The position numbers and the translations under genes were made by a program. Shown piece after piece: positions 12,759 to 26,300 of a stretch of DNA of 64,000 nt. The stretch comes from Nageia nagi (taxonomy: Eukaryota > Plantae > Pinophyta), in contig JBITNC010000001.1 in NCBI GenBank assembly GCA_050084985.1, positions 116,560,001 to 116,624,000 on the forward strand, written 5' to 3'. Every line of letters starts with the position of its first letter. Position 1 is the first letter of the stretch. The notes under the pieces were generated by a model. The model was not told the origin of the DNA and searched no databases. It saw nothing but the letters and a program-made list of their open reading frames with translations.

Positions 12759-14975
12759 TGATATGAAATTGAATGCATTAAGTAGTAAAGTATAATCTCT
12801 CTCACTTCTCCTCGATGATGTTGAAAAGAGTCCTATAAGAGTATTTATAATTGAGTACCATACTCAATTAGATTTGTTATATGTGGTTGTTCAAAAGTTT
12901 CATTAATAATAATAATTAAATATTATTATTATTAATTAATTATGTATTATTAAAATTTAATATTTCAATATTTTAAATTATATTATAATTTTAAAACCTT
13001 TTAAAAGGTATGTTTTAAAAATGACCATTGATTTAAGTGACAAGAGGAGTGTAGTTTATAAAGCGGATTACTCTCTATTTAGAACATGTTGGCAAATGGT
13101 TCAAAGGAGTTTGAAAATGTGTACTATTAAAAGGCACCATAATGGAATATATCCTTAGGTAATCATTTTTAATGGAGAGCCTATGATGGCATACACTTGG
13201 CCAAATATCTATCCATGTGTATGGTGTCACTATAGTTCTATGGATACCTTAGAGGGAGGCCACATTATAAAAATTAGAACTGTTATTTGTGAATCTGATA
13301 TTAGTTTACTATAAGAAGCATGTGATATCATAGTATTTATCAATGCCTTAAGAATAGGTGGATGTGATAAAATACCAACATGAATGCATATTATCATATA
13401 AGGAAGGATCTTGGATAAAGATGACACATAGCTAGAATAAAGCTATGATGGAGATTTAGAAAGGGTTCAATGTAAGTCATGACATATGAAAACTTAGATA
13501 CCTCATTTTGAATGTTGTAAAGGTTGTCCATATTTATAGAGGAGGGATCAAATAAGAATTCAATGTGAAATAAAATAGTTATAAATTATTGAAGATTAGT
13601 AAATAGAGAACATCTTTTATAGATAAGGATAATCATTAAATCTATCAGCCTTCAGAATTAGCATGATATCTATTTGAAAAAATATTATTGGGAGGCTTCT
13701 CACCAATGATTTTTATGAAGAGAATTGATAACCATAATAATCGAGGAGATGTTAGTTACAAGTGATACAAGTTATTTTGATAAGACAATATTAATGCATC
13801 CCAAAATAAACATTTTACCCTATCACACTTAGTGGTGTGGAGTTGGAGGATATCTATAAGGTACCAACATGGAGACTTTATTAAGCCTATCACTTGTTTT
13901 ATCATGCATAGAAGAATTTAGAAATGGTTAAAATGACCATATTTTAGATATTTATTTTTCACCATATGAGATATAGATCATAATATCATTATGAGAATCC
14001 ACCAGTCAGTAATGGAATTTATGCTTATGTTTGGAGTTAGATCATTTATCTAAGAATAATTTAGCACCATGGAATAGAGGGAAAATAAACTAATGATATA
14101 AAAAATTGAAGGGAGACATTATTACTTGGGTAGAACCATGTTCTTGATCAGAAAGCATCTAAATATAGTGTCATGTAGAGTTGAATGGAGAACCAACTCA
14201 ACAAGGAGTCCATAGTGAAGTGCATAGTCAACAAATAGTTGTGTGAATAGAGAAGATGCTAGAGTGTTGGGAAAATGATCCATAAATGATAGGGATTGTA
14301 TTTTTTGTTAATAAGTGAATCATATAAATGAAGGTATTAATGTGGATATGTGCAAATAATAATTACATAATCATTTGGAATGGAATAAAGCAAATTGATA
14401 TGCTAAAATAGAACCTTGTTGTTAAATCAAAACATTGTAATCTCTAGACAATAATAGTCCTATTAGGTAGATTATAAGAGGGGAGGTCATGAAGGTTAAG
14501 GAAGAGTCAACTTATATATTTTGTAGTATTTAAATTTTTGAACTTCACTCTACATAAGTGATTCAAGGTTGATAGTAGGTCATAAACACTAGTAGATAAG
14601 AAATCTAGAGTTGGGCATTTTGAGATAGACTAGAAGAACAGTCAAGATATCGTTGTTGCTACACTTCATTTGTAAAGTCTATTTTATTATTTATTCTCAA
14701 GAAGAGAGTAGTCCAAATATAAGTATGAAGAGAGAAAATCCCATTGAGGCTTGTTATAAATCACTATACCACCATTAAATAAGAGAAGCATTTTGCTGGA
14801 GGTAGATTGAAGATGACCGAACCTAGGTATTTTGTTGTGTCTTTTTAATTATGTGTGATTACATATTTCTCATCTATTACTGTTCTTATTCTACAAGCAC
14901 TTACAATTGAATTATTTAAGTGTGAATTGAATATGTTAAGAGAGGGGGGAGTCCACTCTTGTTTATATACCATCA
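12759..14975 (+). repeat. 3' LTR (~2.2 kb, TGAT...ATCA)
   Basis: Follows the PPT. The terminal segment atgttaagagagggggg...cactctt...atca also occurs inverted at 9419-9460 next to a PBS-like sequence, which defines the end. Confidence 0.85.
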
Positions 14976-15123
14976 AGCAAAGTAGCAATAATAATTTTAG
15001 AATTCACTATGATCTTATTCACTACTACCCTTTTCAAATTGGGATCTAAGCACTTAGGTCACCCAAAGTTATCTACTGCCCTATGGTGATCATATGAGCA
15101 ACTAATATGGAGTAACATAAACC

Positions 15124-16200
15124 ATGGAGAGAGTTATTCTCTCAAGAAGATAAGATAGTTGATACTCCACCACTTACAGATATATTCTTGGATGATGAAA
15201 AATTGAGCATACAAATCTCACGTACGATTATGGATCAAATAGTTAAAAGAGGGAGATTGAACTTAGTTAAAAAAATATAAGGTTTACAATTAAATATTGG
15301 TGATATTAAAATATGGAAAAAATATAAATGGGAAATTCATGGCATTCTAGAAATTGTCATCATGCTTAATGACTTTATGCTCTTCACCTTCAGTAATGAG
15401 GAGGATAGATATGCTATCTTGAGCATTCCTTGATTATTTATAAATAGAGGACTATTCCTAGAATGGAGGCCATGACTTGACCCTATGAAAGCACAAATTA
15501 TGCAATCTCCCATTTGGATTACTCTCCCAATTCTTTCCTTTAATATTTAGTATCCTAAGGTATTTGAAGAGATTGGTAATTCCTTTGGAAAATTTATCAT
15601 GATGGATGAAGTCACTAAAGCACAATCAAGAATGGTAGTAGCTCGATTATGTGTAATGATAGAATTTAGAGTAAAAGTTTTGAAATCAATATCATTGGAG
15701 GTTAAAATAGGTGATGTGGAATAGGAGTTGTATTATGAGAATAACAATTATCTATGTACCTTATGCAATTAGGTAGGTCATATCCTAAATTCATGCCCTA
15801 TATGATTCTTATGTGAAAAAAAAGAATTATAAACCAAACAACCACCAAAGGATATTGCCAAAGGAGAAGGTGGACAGGAGGGATAAATTAACCTAGAAGA
15901 TAAAGTGTATGAATAAGGGAAAGAAACATATGATGCATAAGAGATTGATAAAGAATATTGTAATGCACAAGTGAGTAACCCAATAATGATCATATTAGTG
16001 TAGGTATTGTAAGTGCCTTATAGAGGTTGGAAAGATGTTCCAAGTAAAAAGAAAGGTAGAAAGAACCCAAAAAGTTTAAAGGGAATGGTAATACATAATT
16101 CAAAAGATAGATGGTAATAAGGAGTACCCATAAAGGAAGGCCAAGCATATATGACATCTATAATATGGAAGCATTAAGAAATGTGGAAGATGGAAAACAA
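15124..16200 (+). pseudogene. LINE ORF1 remnant (DUF4283 + CCHC knuckle)
   Basis: PIWITLP motif, 'FTFSNEEDRYAIL' and CxxCxxxGHxxxxC; many stops. Confidence 0.8.
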
Positions 16201-16844
16201 GGCACATTGAATAGCTTTGGGGGTAGAACACCCTCTAAAATGGATGCTCAATGATTATTCTAGCATGGAATGTGAGGGGGTGAAATTCCCCTTCAAAAAG
16301 TAGGCTTATATGGGAGGTCTATCGAAATAATAGGAGAAACTCCAATTTTTATATGTACTAGAACCCCTTGGTACAACCAATTAGATGATGATGTGTGTAA
16401 GAGGAGGATATCCATATTCAAAATAGATATTTGTGTTTATAGCTATTAGACTACAATGAATCTTAGATGCTTCATGTTTTAATTAATATTGTTTTTCAAA
16501 ATCTAAAAACTTTTGTAAATATAGGTTTTGGGGCCCTATTTCTGAAAACCCTTTTTTTTACCCTTGTAAAAAAAATAATAATATAGAATTATAATTTTAT
16601 AATATTCATTACTAAACCATTTTTCCCTTTGAATGTATATGCAAGAAAGAAGTTCAAGTAGTGATATGGTGGAAATTTCTTAATTTTTACAAAAAAGATA
16701 ATTGACCTTTAAAGTGCTGCATAAGGGACTAATTTTATTTTTTGCATTCTAATTCACCTAATGACTATGGTTAGAATCCAATCTTATTGATGAGAGTTAA
16801 AGTGTTCTAAAAATGTACCTCCAAACATTGGGACTTCAATATTA

Positions 16845-18668
16845 AGTTTCTTTGATGATGGATATATCAATCTTTATTGATTAAAATGGAAATTCAAACC
16901 ATATTTCTTAATATCTTTAATATGTTTCAAATAATGTTTTGAAATTGAAGTTAGGTTTTTTTAAATTAATGAATTTATAAAAATAAAAGTATTATTTTCA
17001 TAAAATTAAAGGCATTTAAAAATTTAAATAACTTTTTAGAAAATAAATGCTAATTTATGCATAATATCAATACAAAAATATTACAAGACTAAAATAGTTA
17101 GCAATATTTAGTATTAGCAATGCTTCTAATTGTCACTTATGGGTAAAGGTATTATGTAGAATTATTGCATCCAATACTTGATATAATTACGATAATAATG
17201 TATGTGGTATTGACCCTTTAAATAATTGAGGAGAAATAATAGAGAGAAAAAATCTTTCCCTTTCCTTCTTATATTCATTCATCATTATTGCTAGACATAT
17301 CTCAATATTAAATATTTTTTTAGTATATAGGAATATTTTTTTGATGTTTAAAGATTTGTTTCAAGAAAGCATCAATATATGGTGTATCCCTTTCATGTAC
17401 TACATTGGTACCATTTATCATTCTCATTCACATACCTTAAGATCTTTCTTAGATACAATTATGTACATCAAGAGGATTCGATTTTTTCATGTATCAATAA
17501 GCATACAAAAAGGGTGAGTATCAAAAGGGTTAATATATCAAATATGTGGTATATAGAAAAGGGAACCTTTTCAAGTGATAAGGAACCACACATCTCCCTT
17601 AAAAGAAAAAGTATTTAAACTAGATCATTTATAAAATTTGTTTGTAAAATCTAATAAGAAAATACCATGATTAGAGTGGTCAATAACATTTTAGAAAATT
17701 CTTCTCTTCAAGGATTTATGAAAAAATATTTTTAGATGGTTTGACAAAGTGTCTTTCCTTTCACTACTCTAACCATGTATCTTTCTTATTATAACTATAC
17801 TAACTAGTATTATAAGTAATTGTATTTTGAGTGAATTATATTTTAGGGGAGATATATGGCTCCTTATTATTTCAAAATATTTTTCTTTCTATATATTATC
17901 AATTTAATACATCAAATATTTTGATATACTTACCATTTTCCTATATTAATTGATATATGAATAATCTTGTTCTCTCCATATACATGGTCATAGGTAAGAG
18001 AGATCTTAATATTTATCAAAGAATATAATACATGGTATCCAGGTAGTATATGAAAATGATTCATCCTAGCTTGACATATTCTTAAATACAAATCCTTATA
18101 TATGGGTGTAACTTCCTTATATACTCAACTTTTCTAAATATTAATATTTATGTTGATCAATAACTTGATAAATATCTAAATGAAGGGAAGGGAAGATAAA
18201 AAAATTATTTTACTTATTTATCATAGGTAACTTAAAGGGTTGAATTTTATATATTTTATTATTGTAGTTTTATCAGGCATTGGATGCAATAATTCCACAT
18301 AACAACTTTATCCATGAATGAGAACCAATAGCACCACTAGTGTTGAGCATTGCTAACTATTTTTATTTTACAAAATCACTTACTTAATTTTTATGAACCA
18401 AAAATTTGTATCTTTACTTTGCAAAAAATAACTTCAATTTTTTAAAAATGCCTTCAAATTTGTGAAAAATACCTATACCTTCAAAAAAGGTTGAAAATAT
18501 ACCTAAAAGGTATTGATAAAAGTATTTTAAGCAATCAAGGATTCATAAAAAACAACATTAAAGAAATTAAGGTTTAAGCTATTAATATATTAAAAAGGTT
18601 TAAAAGAATAAAAATTGCTTTGAAGTTTTTTTAAAATCTATTAAAAAGATGGCACATTAAAAAACTTA
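16845..18668. repeat. Long degenerate inverted repeat / foldback (arms ~800 bp, loop ~70-80 bp, centre ~17725)
   Basis: Perfect inverted anchors: 17160-17175 / 18279-18294 (aattattgcatccaat), 17091-17105 / 18349-18363 (aaaatagttagcaat) and 17652-17661 / 17782-17791, with near-constant coordinate sums. Outer limits are approximate. Confidence 0.88.
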
Positions 18669-21049
18669 CCTTATAGAAATAAGAGTATATGATCTATAAT
18701 CAATAGGAATGAGTTTCTTATAAAATCATTAAGTACATGGAAGTTTGAATAGGGTAAAACATGGGTCAATTGGCAAAATTGGATGTAAATAATTATTGTG
18801 TAAGTGCTCATAGGTGTAGTTGGATCCATAGATGTCTTTTTCCAAATATCAGGCTAAGTGATATACTATATGAGAACTAGATGTAGAGGAACAAGTTAGT
18901 GGATATGGAAGTTAGTAGGTATAATATATGATTTAAAATGATGGAATAGTGGTAAGGAATTTATGCATAATTTTATATATAACATCTAGAAGAAATTGAA
19001 ATTATTCTTGAAATAGGTAGTATATATTATACAAGGGAATCTTGTATGAGGAATAGGCATGAAGGAAGTATTAGAAAGGTTATAAATACATTTGGTATGA
19101 TTCAAACATAAGTACAATCATATAATATTGCACAAACTATTATAATAATTTACTTTTAATCCATTTACTAGAAATTGTTAATTGGTAAAATGGAGAACTT
19201 ATAAATGGTATTAAAAAATAATTATAATGATGTGGTTTTGAAAAATAAAGATAGAAATCATAGATTAGGTAGTATAATAAGAGAAAAAAATAATTGGATA
19301 TTCATATCAAAGGAAAATTCAAATTAAGAAATTTTTTTAGAACAAACTAGAAAATAGAATAATATTATTATTATGTGGGATTAGACATGTAGGTCCTAAT
19401 AAGATAAATTATTCAAGTTGGTGAATGCATGTGAAGACTAGTGTTATAAAGATAGAGATGGATTTAGGGTGGTTCGATATTATAAGAGAAGATAAATCAT
19501 CCAATATCCTTTTAAACCCAATATTTTGTAAATTATATGACCTATCAAACTTTGTACAAAGATAGATATAAATCAATTATTCATTTAAATGGTTATTTAT
19601 AACGTAATTATGATGTATAATAAAATCACCAAGCTTGTTTTGATTATCTTATTCTAAGAATATTTGGATGAAATTGTAATTAAAAATATCTTCATAAACT
19701 TATCTAATATCTTTATAAAGTGTATAGGTAAGGTTAAATTGATTTTAATCTTATGAGGCATTTAGGTTGCAAAGCTTATAAATTCTTTTATACTAATATT
19801 TCTTAGGTATTTTACATATACTAGATTATTTATTTAATTCATATGAATTAGCTCTTAATTTTACAATCATAAGTTTTTTTTGGAGATTGGTCACCTTATG
19901 TGGATAAGATGGATATTCAAGTTTTGGATTAACAATGGATGTTCAAGTCTCATTTTTGAGACTATTACTTTTATTTGTGATAAAGGAAAGAGAATGAAGG
20001 TCAAAATTTGGGCTAAAATTTAAGATTGGTTATTTTGTATGAATAATAATGTAATATTTAGAATAGTGTAATTATTAGGTTGTATATCTAATACCAATGT
20101 TATTTAATAAATAAGTTAGTAGGCATATCAATGGTCATGATACAAAATATAAATCCTATAAGAAGCTTCAAGACCTATATGAATGATAATCTAATTCAAA
20201 ATTCATTTAACTTCAATTGAATCTATTTAACCTTAATATAAAAAATGGTGTTATCATGAATCTTACCTCAAAAATCAAATATATAGATTCTATTGTATCT
20301 ATCTCATGACCCTAATTAAGACCCTTGTCCCAATGTATTTTACATATATTCAATCCCTCCATGTGAGTGGTCAAATAAAAATAGTCAATTTTGATAGATA
20401 GTTCTATGAATTGGTTGAAAAGGATAAAGCATTTGGAAGAAAAAAAAACTAAAATCTTATATTTGAAATGTTGGAATATATAATCCAACTTAGGGTAGGA
20501 ATTGTAATATTTCACCTACAAGTTAGATTAGAAGATATGGTATGGAAACACATTAGAAATCAATTGGCTAACATTTGGGTAGCTTATACGATTGCTGGTG
20601 GAGAAAGAAGGTTATAACTATTTAATTTGTGACCTTGGCATCCAAGTATCCATATTTGGATGCTCAAAATCAAAGAACATCTAAAATATCACTTGATTAT
20701 GGCCACTATTAATATAACTATAGCCTCTTAATTATCCCCATACTCAGATGTGCGATGTATTATGTGACATTCCTCTACTTCATCCATGAAATGAGTCCTT
20801 TTTTGGCAACATTTTTTCTCACATAATAGCTATTCCCCAATTTTTTGATAATAGTTCTCCCTAAGTTCCTTGGCATGTCACTATATTTTTATCTATTCCT
20901 ATATAAATTTGTATAAAGATGTATAGTTTGATTACACACCATTGTAACCCATTTCTGATTTAATAGAATTGTAATTTACCCATAAAAAATTTGTATTATT
21001 TCATATAATAATTAGTGAATATAATTATATTAGTTATTAGGTAACTAAG

Positions 21050-21850
21050 ATAAATAAATTATAATTGTTTGTATTATATGTTACATATAATATAAATAAC
21101 TTAGTATATATTAAATATTAAGTATTTATATCATATATTACTTATATATAATAGTAATACTTTAACACACATAAGATTAATAATATAAGTATAATAAAAC
21201 AAACTTATCTATGTCTATTTTATTTTAAGTATATAATATGTAGGTTAATTTATTATTTATTACTAAATAATTATATTAGTTAAATAAGCTACATAGTCAA
21301 CTTGAGTCAACTAAGTGACTTGGCATAAACTCCTTGTTATGGCATGTGGTGGGTATATGGTATAGTGTGGCATACTTATAGTGGTATAAGGTATGAGTAT
21401 GGCATCCTCATGGTGGCACATAGCATAGAAAGTGTTATCTATGAGTAGAGGTCACATAGTTAACTATATGTACATGAGACAAGTGGCTCATGCACTCTAG
21501 TGGTGGTTTGTAATTTCAACAAATGAATTTTTTAGTTAATTAGAACATGGAATTCATCCAAGAAGTTTAGCTAGTATTTTAATTTTTGGATTATTATTTC
21601 ATATGTTATTTGGGATATGTAACTTGGATACTTGGATCATATGTGATAGATCTTGGATTATAAGTAAAATATCAACATTATACTTATATTGGTAGAAATA
21701 ATTAAATACTAGAGGATCTCTCATTGTATGCATTTTTTTCCCTTTGGGGTTTCCACATTATATATATAAAAAATTATGGTTTGATGTTGTTATTCTAAAA
21801 ATTATTTAAATTTAGGGCCTAATATCAGTTTTTAATATTGGTGTATAAAT
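21050..21850 (+). repeat. Probable decayed Copia LTR followed by a degenerate PBS
   Basis: U5-like ggggtttccacatt...aaaattatggtttg (~21746-21785) and ttttaata-ttggtgtataa at ~21831-21848, upstream of a Copia integrase fragment. Start uncertain. Confidence 0.45.
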
Positions 21851-22199
21851 TATAGCTTTTATAATATTATTATTTCCTTTTTTCCACCTTCATGAAATAT
21901 ATCACTTATTAGGCTTTCACGTTAAGGCTTACATTGATCATATTCATATCATCTACTAATTTCAACATTATACCCATTCTAGAAAATGGGATAAAGTTAT
22001 AATTTCTCATTATATTATTCCATTTATAGAAGATTAATTGCATAAATATTAATATAATAGATGGCATAAATGTTCTTTTATACTCTCCTCTCTCTTGTTG
22101 GTGATTGGCTAATTTAGCAAAAAGTTGATGTGTGAATTCTTACCTATAGATGGGAATGTGGGAAATGTATAGAATGTAAAAATAGTGATATATGTACCA

Positions 22200-22933
22200 A
22201 TATTGAAGAAATTTATCTTTCATTAATAATCCATAAAAAAAAATTATCATTAAGAGAATGAATGGAATAATTTTGAATATGGTAAGGGTAATGTTTTATT
22301 TTGAAAAGAGTAAAGTTGATCTTTTTGGCTGATATAACCCTTTATACAATTGATATTATAAATATATATGCATCAACAACTCTCAATGATAAGACTTCCT
22401 ACCGAATGTGGAATACTTTCTCTCCTTTAATGAAGCATCTCAAGCTTTTTAGGTCAACCTACTATGCTTTGATCTATAAGGAGAAGAGAAATAAATTATT
22501 TCTAAGTAATTATAAATATATCATTCTAGGATACTTAGAATCACTAAAAGAATATAATTTGTACAACAATATCAATAAAAAAGTCACCATCTCTAGAGAT
22601 TTCATGTTCTATAAGATTTCAAAAAATGAAACCATGACCAAGAAATAATTAAATTTTCTTCTTAAGAATATTATGATTACCACTTGTTATTAATTTTATA
22701 ATGATATTATTAAAGTTAAAAGGGGGACATAAATCTTGAATTAATTTTTTATATTTATTCCCTCAATTCTCAAGGATAAGAATAATTTTTTTTATTGATA
22801 CCTCATTATTTAAAGAATATAAACCAACTTACTCTATAATTAGGATGTCATAAACAATATGGAGAGGTTGAATAATTATTGATATTAAAATCAAGTAAAT
22901 GAATAACCATATACACTCTTAAAATAACCCAAA
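22200..22933 (+). pseudogene. pol: Ty1/Copia integrase fragment
   Basis: ORF 22301..22648 'KHLKLFRSTYYALIYKEKRNKL...IILGY...YNLYN...KKVTISRDFMF', a typical Copia integrase C-terminal/SH3 region. Ends at an EP-like motif that resumes after 30643. Confidence 0.85.
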
Positions 22934-23340
22934 TGTTATTACATAAAATTGATTTATGCATTTAAATTAATACATTAACAAATATGTGCCCATGCTTATA
23001 CACACCTAGTTCATGAATATTAATATTATCTTGGATATGGTCAATATATATCATCAACTTACTATATTCTTGTTTATGTAGGTACATGCCAACCTAAGGA
23101 GTAGGTCATATTATTATCTATATATGTAGCAATCTAATAGTAAGTCCACATCAACAAGATACATGATCCCATATTAGGTCTTGATGATGGTAGTTTTTTT
23201 AGTTGTCTCTTGACATTGCCATTCAAGGTTGGGTTTGTGTACTTCCATATGCGAGCATCTTGATGATTGTTAGCTTATCTGAGTATCAAACCGAGATCAT
23301 TGAGACTATGTGTGGAGGCATAGAGTTAGTTCAGGATAGA
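22934..23340 (+). repeat. 5' LTR (3'-truncated, fused directly to gag)
   Basis: Aligns to 29866-30270. Similarity stops at tagagttagttcagg and gag sequence follows with no PBS. Confidence 0.88.
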
Positions 23341-26300
23341 ACCTTTTCAAGTAGATGATTTGATTGAGTTTGGTAGCCCTCTATGTGATGAGATCTATTT
23401 ATGCATACCACCATTAGATTATAAAGATCCAAAGTTTTGTAAGTTTAGTGGGGAGGGAGATCCTAGTAGACATTTGCAAGGGTTTCAAAATGAGTGTGAA
23501 CTCAAAATTAGTGTGGATTCAAAATTATAGGTGAAGTTCTTTCCTCATAGTTTGGAAGGAGAGGCTTGTGAATGGTTCTATTCATTACTTGAAAGGTCAG
23601 TTACATCATTTCAAGAATTGAGAAACTTATTTTTGGAACAATATGAGCATAACATCAAGAATGAAGTCATGGTTTCGGATCTATTTTCTATGAGGCAAGG
23701 TAGTAATGAAAATCTTGAAAAGTTTATCGTGCGATTCAAGAAGACATAGAAACAAATCAAAACTAAGCTCACAAAAAAAGAGGTAAATAATATCTTCAAG
23801 GATGCTATCATATTATCCTTACAATCTTATGTCATTGATTATACACATCTAGCATTTTTTGATATGACATTTAAGCTATTGGAAAAAGAAAAATTCCTTG
23901 TGAAATTATGGCTTGTGAAGTATTAAGATGATGACAAGCCTAGGGCCAAGGATAAGTAGCCACAATCACCAAAGAAAGATAAATCCATTCATGTAGCAAA
24001 AAAGTAGATGAAAATAAAGAAAGGAAATTCATAAAATTTCCTATACCTCCTAGGTTTATCTTGAAAGATCTAACAGTAAAGGGACTATTACAACCTTTAC
24101 CTAAGTAAGAGGAAGATGAGTCAATAGAGAAGCCAACATGGTATAGGGAAGATAGATACTATGAATATCATCAAACCAAGGACAATGCCACTAATGGGTG
24201 TAGAGGCATAAGAAATAAAATACAAAGGCTCATAAAGGATGGATTCTATGTGTGTCCTACCAAAGTTAAAGATATTGGGGAAAAATAACATATCAATGTA
24301 ATTTTCCATGAAGAATTTTGTGTAGCACTTACAAGAGGAAGAACAAGAGTAGCAATAGATCCTATCACATGTGAAAAGGAGTTTCCTAAAGACCTGATAA
24401 GTTTTGACCTCATTGAACAACTCAAGAATACATAAGGCAAGGTTAGTTTGTTTGAATTGCTTCAAATTTTAGAACCTCATATAGAAATGATGAATCATAT
24501 TTTCAAGAATAGTTAGATATATAGGAACATCTCAATCATTGCTTTTGAAAAAAAGTTAAAAATATGTAATAAAGGAGATATTATCACTTTTCACCCTAGT
24601 AAAAGGCCTAGCAAAGATGTAACCTAGTTACATCCACCATTATTTATTAAAGTGAATATCTTTGGCAATACAATTAAGAGATCATTGATATATGGTGGGG
24701 TAGCTTTGAATATTACCACCACTCACTTGCTTTCATAATTTGATTTGGATTTATAACCTCCAAGAGAAGAGACTATCATGAGAGTTAAGGGGTTTGATGG
24801 TGTTCTAAAGAAATGTGCAAGAATCATCACACTTCTGATCAAAGTAGGAAACAAGGTACTTTAGACCCTCTTCTACATTATATATGGAAAAACTTATTTT
24901 AATCTCATTCTCAAAAGACCTTGGATATATGACATGGAAGGAGTACCATCCACTTTGCATAGATGTTTCAAGTTTTGTTTTGAAGGAAATGTTTACAAGG
25001 TAGAAGCAAATGAGTAGATAGCCAAGCAGTATAATTATGTTCTCCCTAAGAGATTTATTTTGTATGATGTAGAATATGAGGCTATCTTAGTTAAGAATGA
25101 TTAGATCTATAGAAAAGCTTTACAATGAATTAACATCAAGAATATCGAGTTTGGTTCATACACCATCACAGATGTCAATAACATCAGTTTGGAGAGAGAC
25201 TTGGATAGATGATAGGAGGCTCAAGAAAAGGATTTCTTGTGCTCCTTTGGGCTCCATAAAGACTATTAGTGGTCCTCTTTAAAGGAAATCATAGATAAAA
25301 ATAAATGTTGCATCATTCTATATCATGAAGATGATCACAATGGTCAGGTTAGTTGTCCTTTATTAATGCAAGAAGATGAATAGGTAAGAGATGATAAAAA
25401 TTGCTTTGTTATTGAATGTGAAATATATGATGAATATGCAATACATAATATAGACTTGTTTGATAATGATGATGCTTTCTTAGAATCTATGGGTGCTAGA
25501 ATTGAATATCTAGCTAGGCATGAAAAGAGGACTCACAAACATTGTCTAGATGTACATGCTTGCTTTGGTGAATCTATGGAAGATAAAATCAAAGGGTTGG
25601 GAGAGTTGCCATTTCCCACACCATTAGAATCAAAGATGACTTTTTTGAATAAAGAGATAGAGGAGGTTAAAATTGGTTCTCAAGAGACATTGCGATTCTT
25701 AAAAATGGCTAAGCTGCTTGAGGAACCTTTGCAAAATGAGTTGATTCAATCCTTTCATGATGATTTTGAATTGTTTGCATGGTCATATAAAGATATGCCT
25801 TATATGAAACTTTTGTGGTACATAACTTGGTTGTTGAGAAAGGAGTAGTTCTTATAAAGCAAAAATTAAAAAAGATACCTTTTTAGATTTCTTTACTAGT
25901 AAAGAAGAAAATTGAGAAACTATTGGAAGTTGGCTTCATTAGGCCCATTGATTATTCAGAATGGATGGCCAATGTAGTTTTGGTTAAAAAACCTATAGGT
26001 GAAATTAGAGTATGTATTGATTTTAGAGATCTCAATAAAGCATGTCTGAAAGATGAATTCCCATTACACAACATAGATATGATCATTGATAGTTTGGTAG
26101 GTTATGAGATGTTATCATTTATGGATGGATTTTTAGGATATAATCAAATTAAAATCAAGGAAAGTGATCATCATAAAATAACCTTTAGAACTCCTTGGGG
26201 CGACTTTTGCTACAAGGTAATGCCATTTGGTCTTAAGAATGTAGGGGCCACATATTAAAGAGCAATGATAGCCATGTTTCATGACTTAATTTATAAAATA

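Larger units (their letters stand above)
8343..14975 (+). mobile_element. Non-autonomous Ty3/Gypsy LTR element (gag-like + protease only) with rearranged 5' half
   Basis: Truncated 5' LTR 8343-9006 aligns with 12759-13420. PBS-like tggtgttagagt at 9469-9480. CCHC remnant 'CKFCGKDGNLKHS'; protease 'FETLIDPRLLSNLI...KHPKPY...IILGSPYLYEHD' (~11940-12200). PPT gggaggta at 12751-12758. No RT, RH or INT. Confidence 0.82.
8333..16570 (+). mobile_element. Internally deleted L1-clade LINE (ORF1 + first ~40 codons of ORF2 + 3' end) with 21-bp TSD; LTR element nested at its 5' end
   Basis: Identical 21-mer aaaaataataatatagaatta at 8312-8332 and 16571-16591. ORF1 'SPIWITLPILS...IGNSFGKFIMMDEVT...VARLCV' (~15507-15660), zinc knuckle 'CTLCN*VGHILNSCP' (~15755-15800), ORF2 start 'MIILAWNVRG' (16251), then 3'UTR and a short A-run. 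Confidence 0.85.

Noticed and set aside
8338-14980. TSD for the gag-PR LTR element
   Set aside because: The flanks tcatg and agcaa do not match, so no TSD is claimed.
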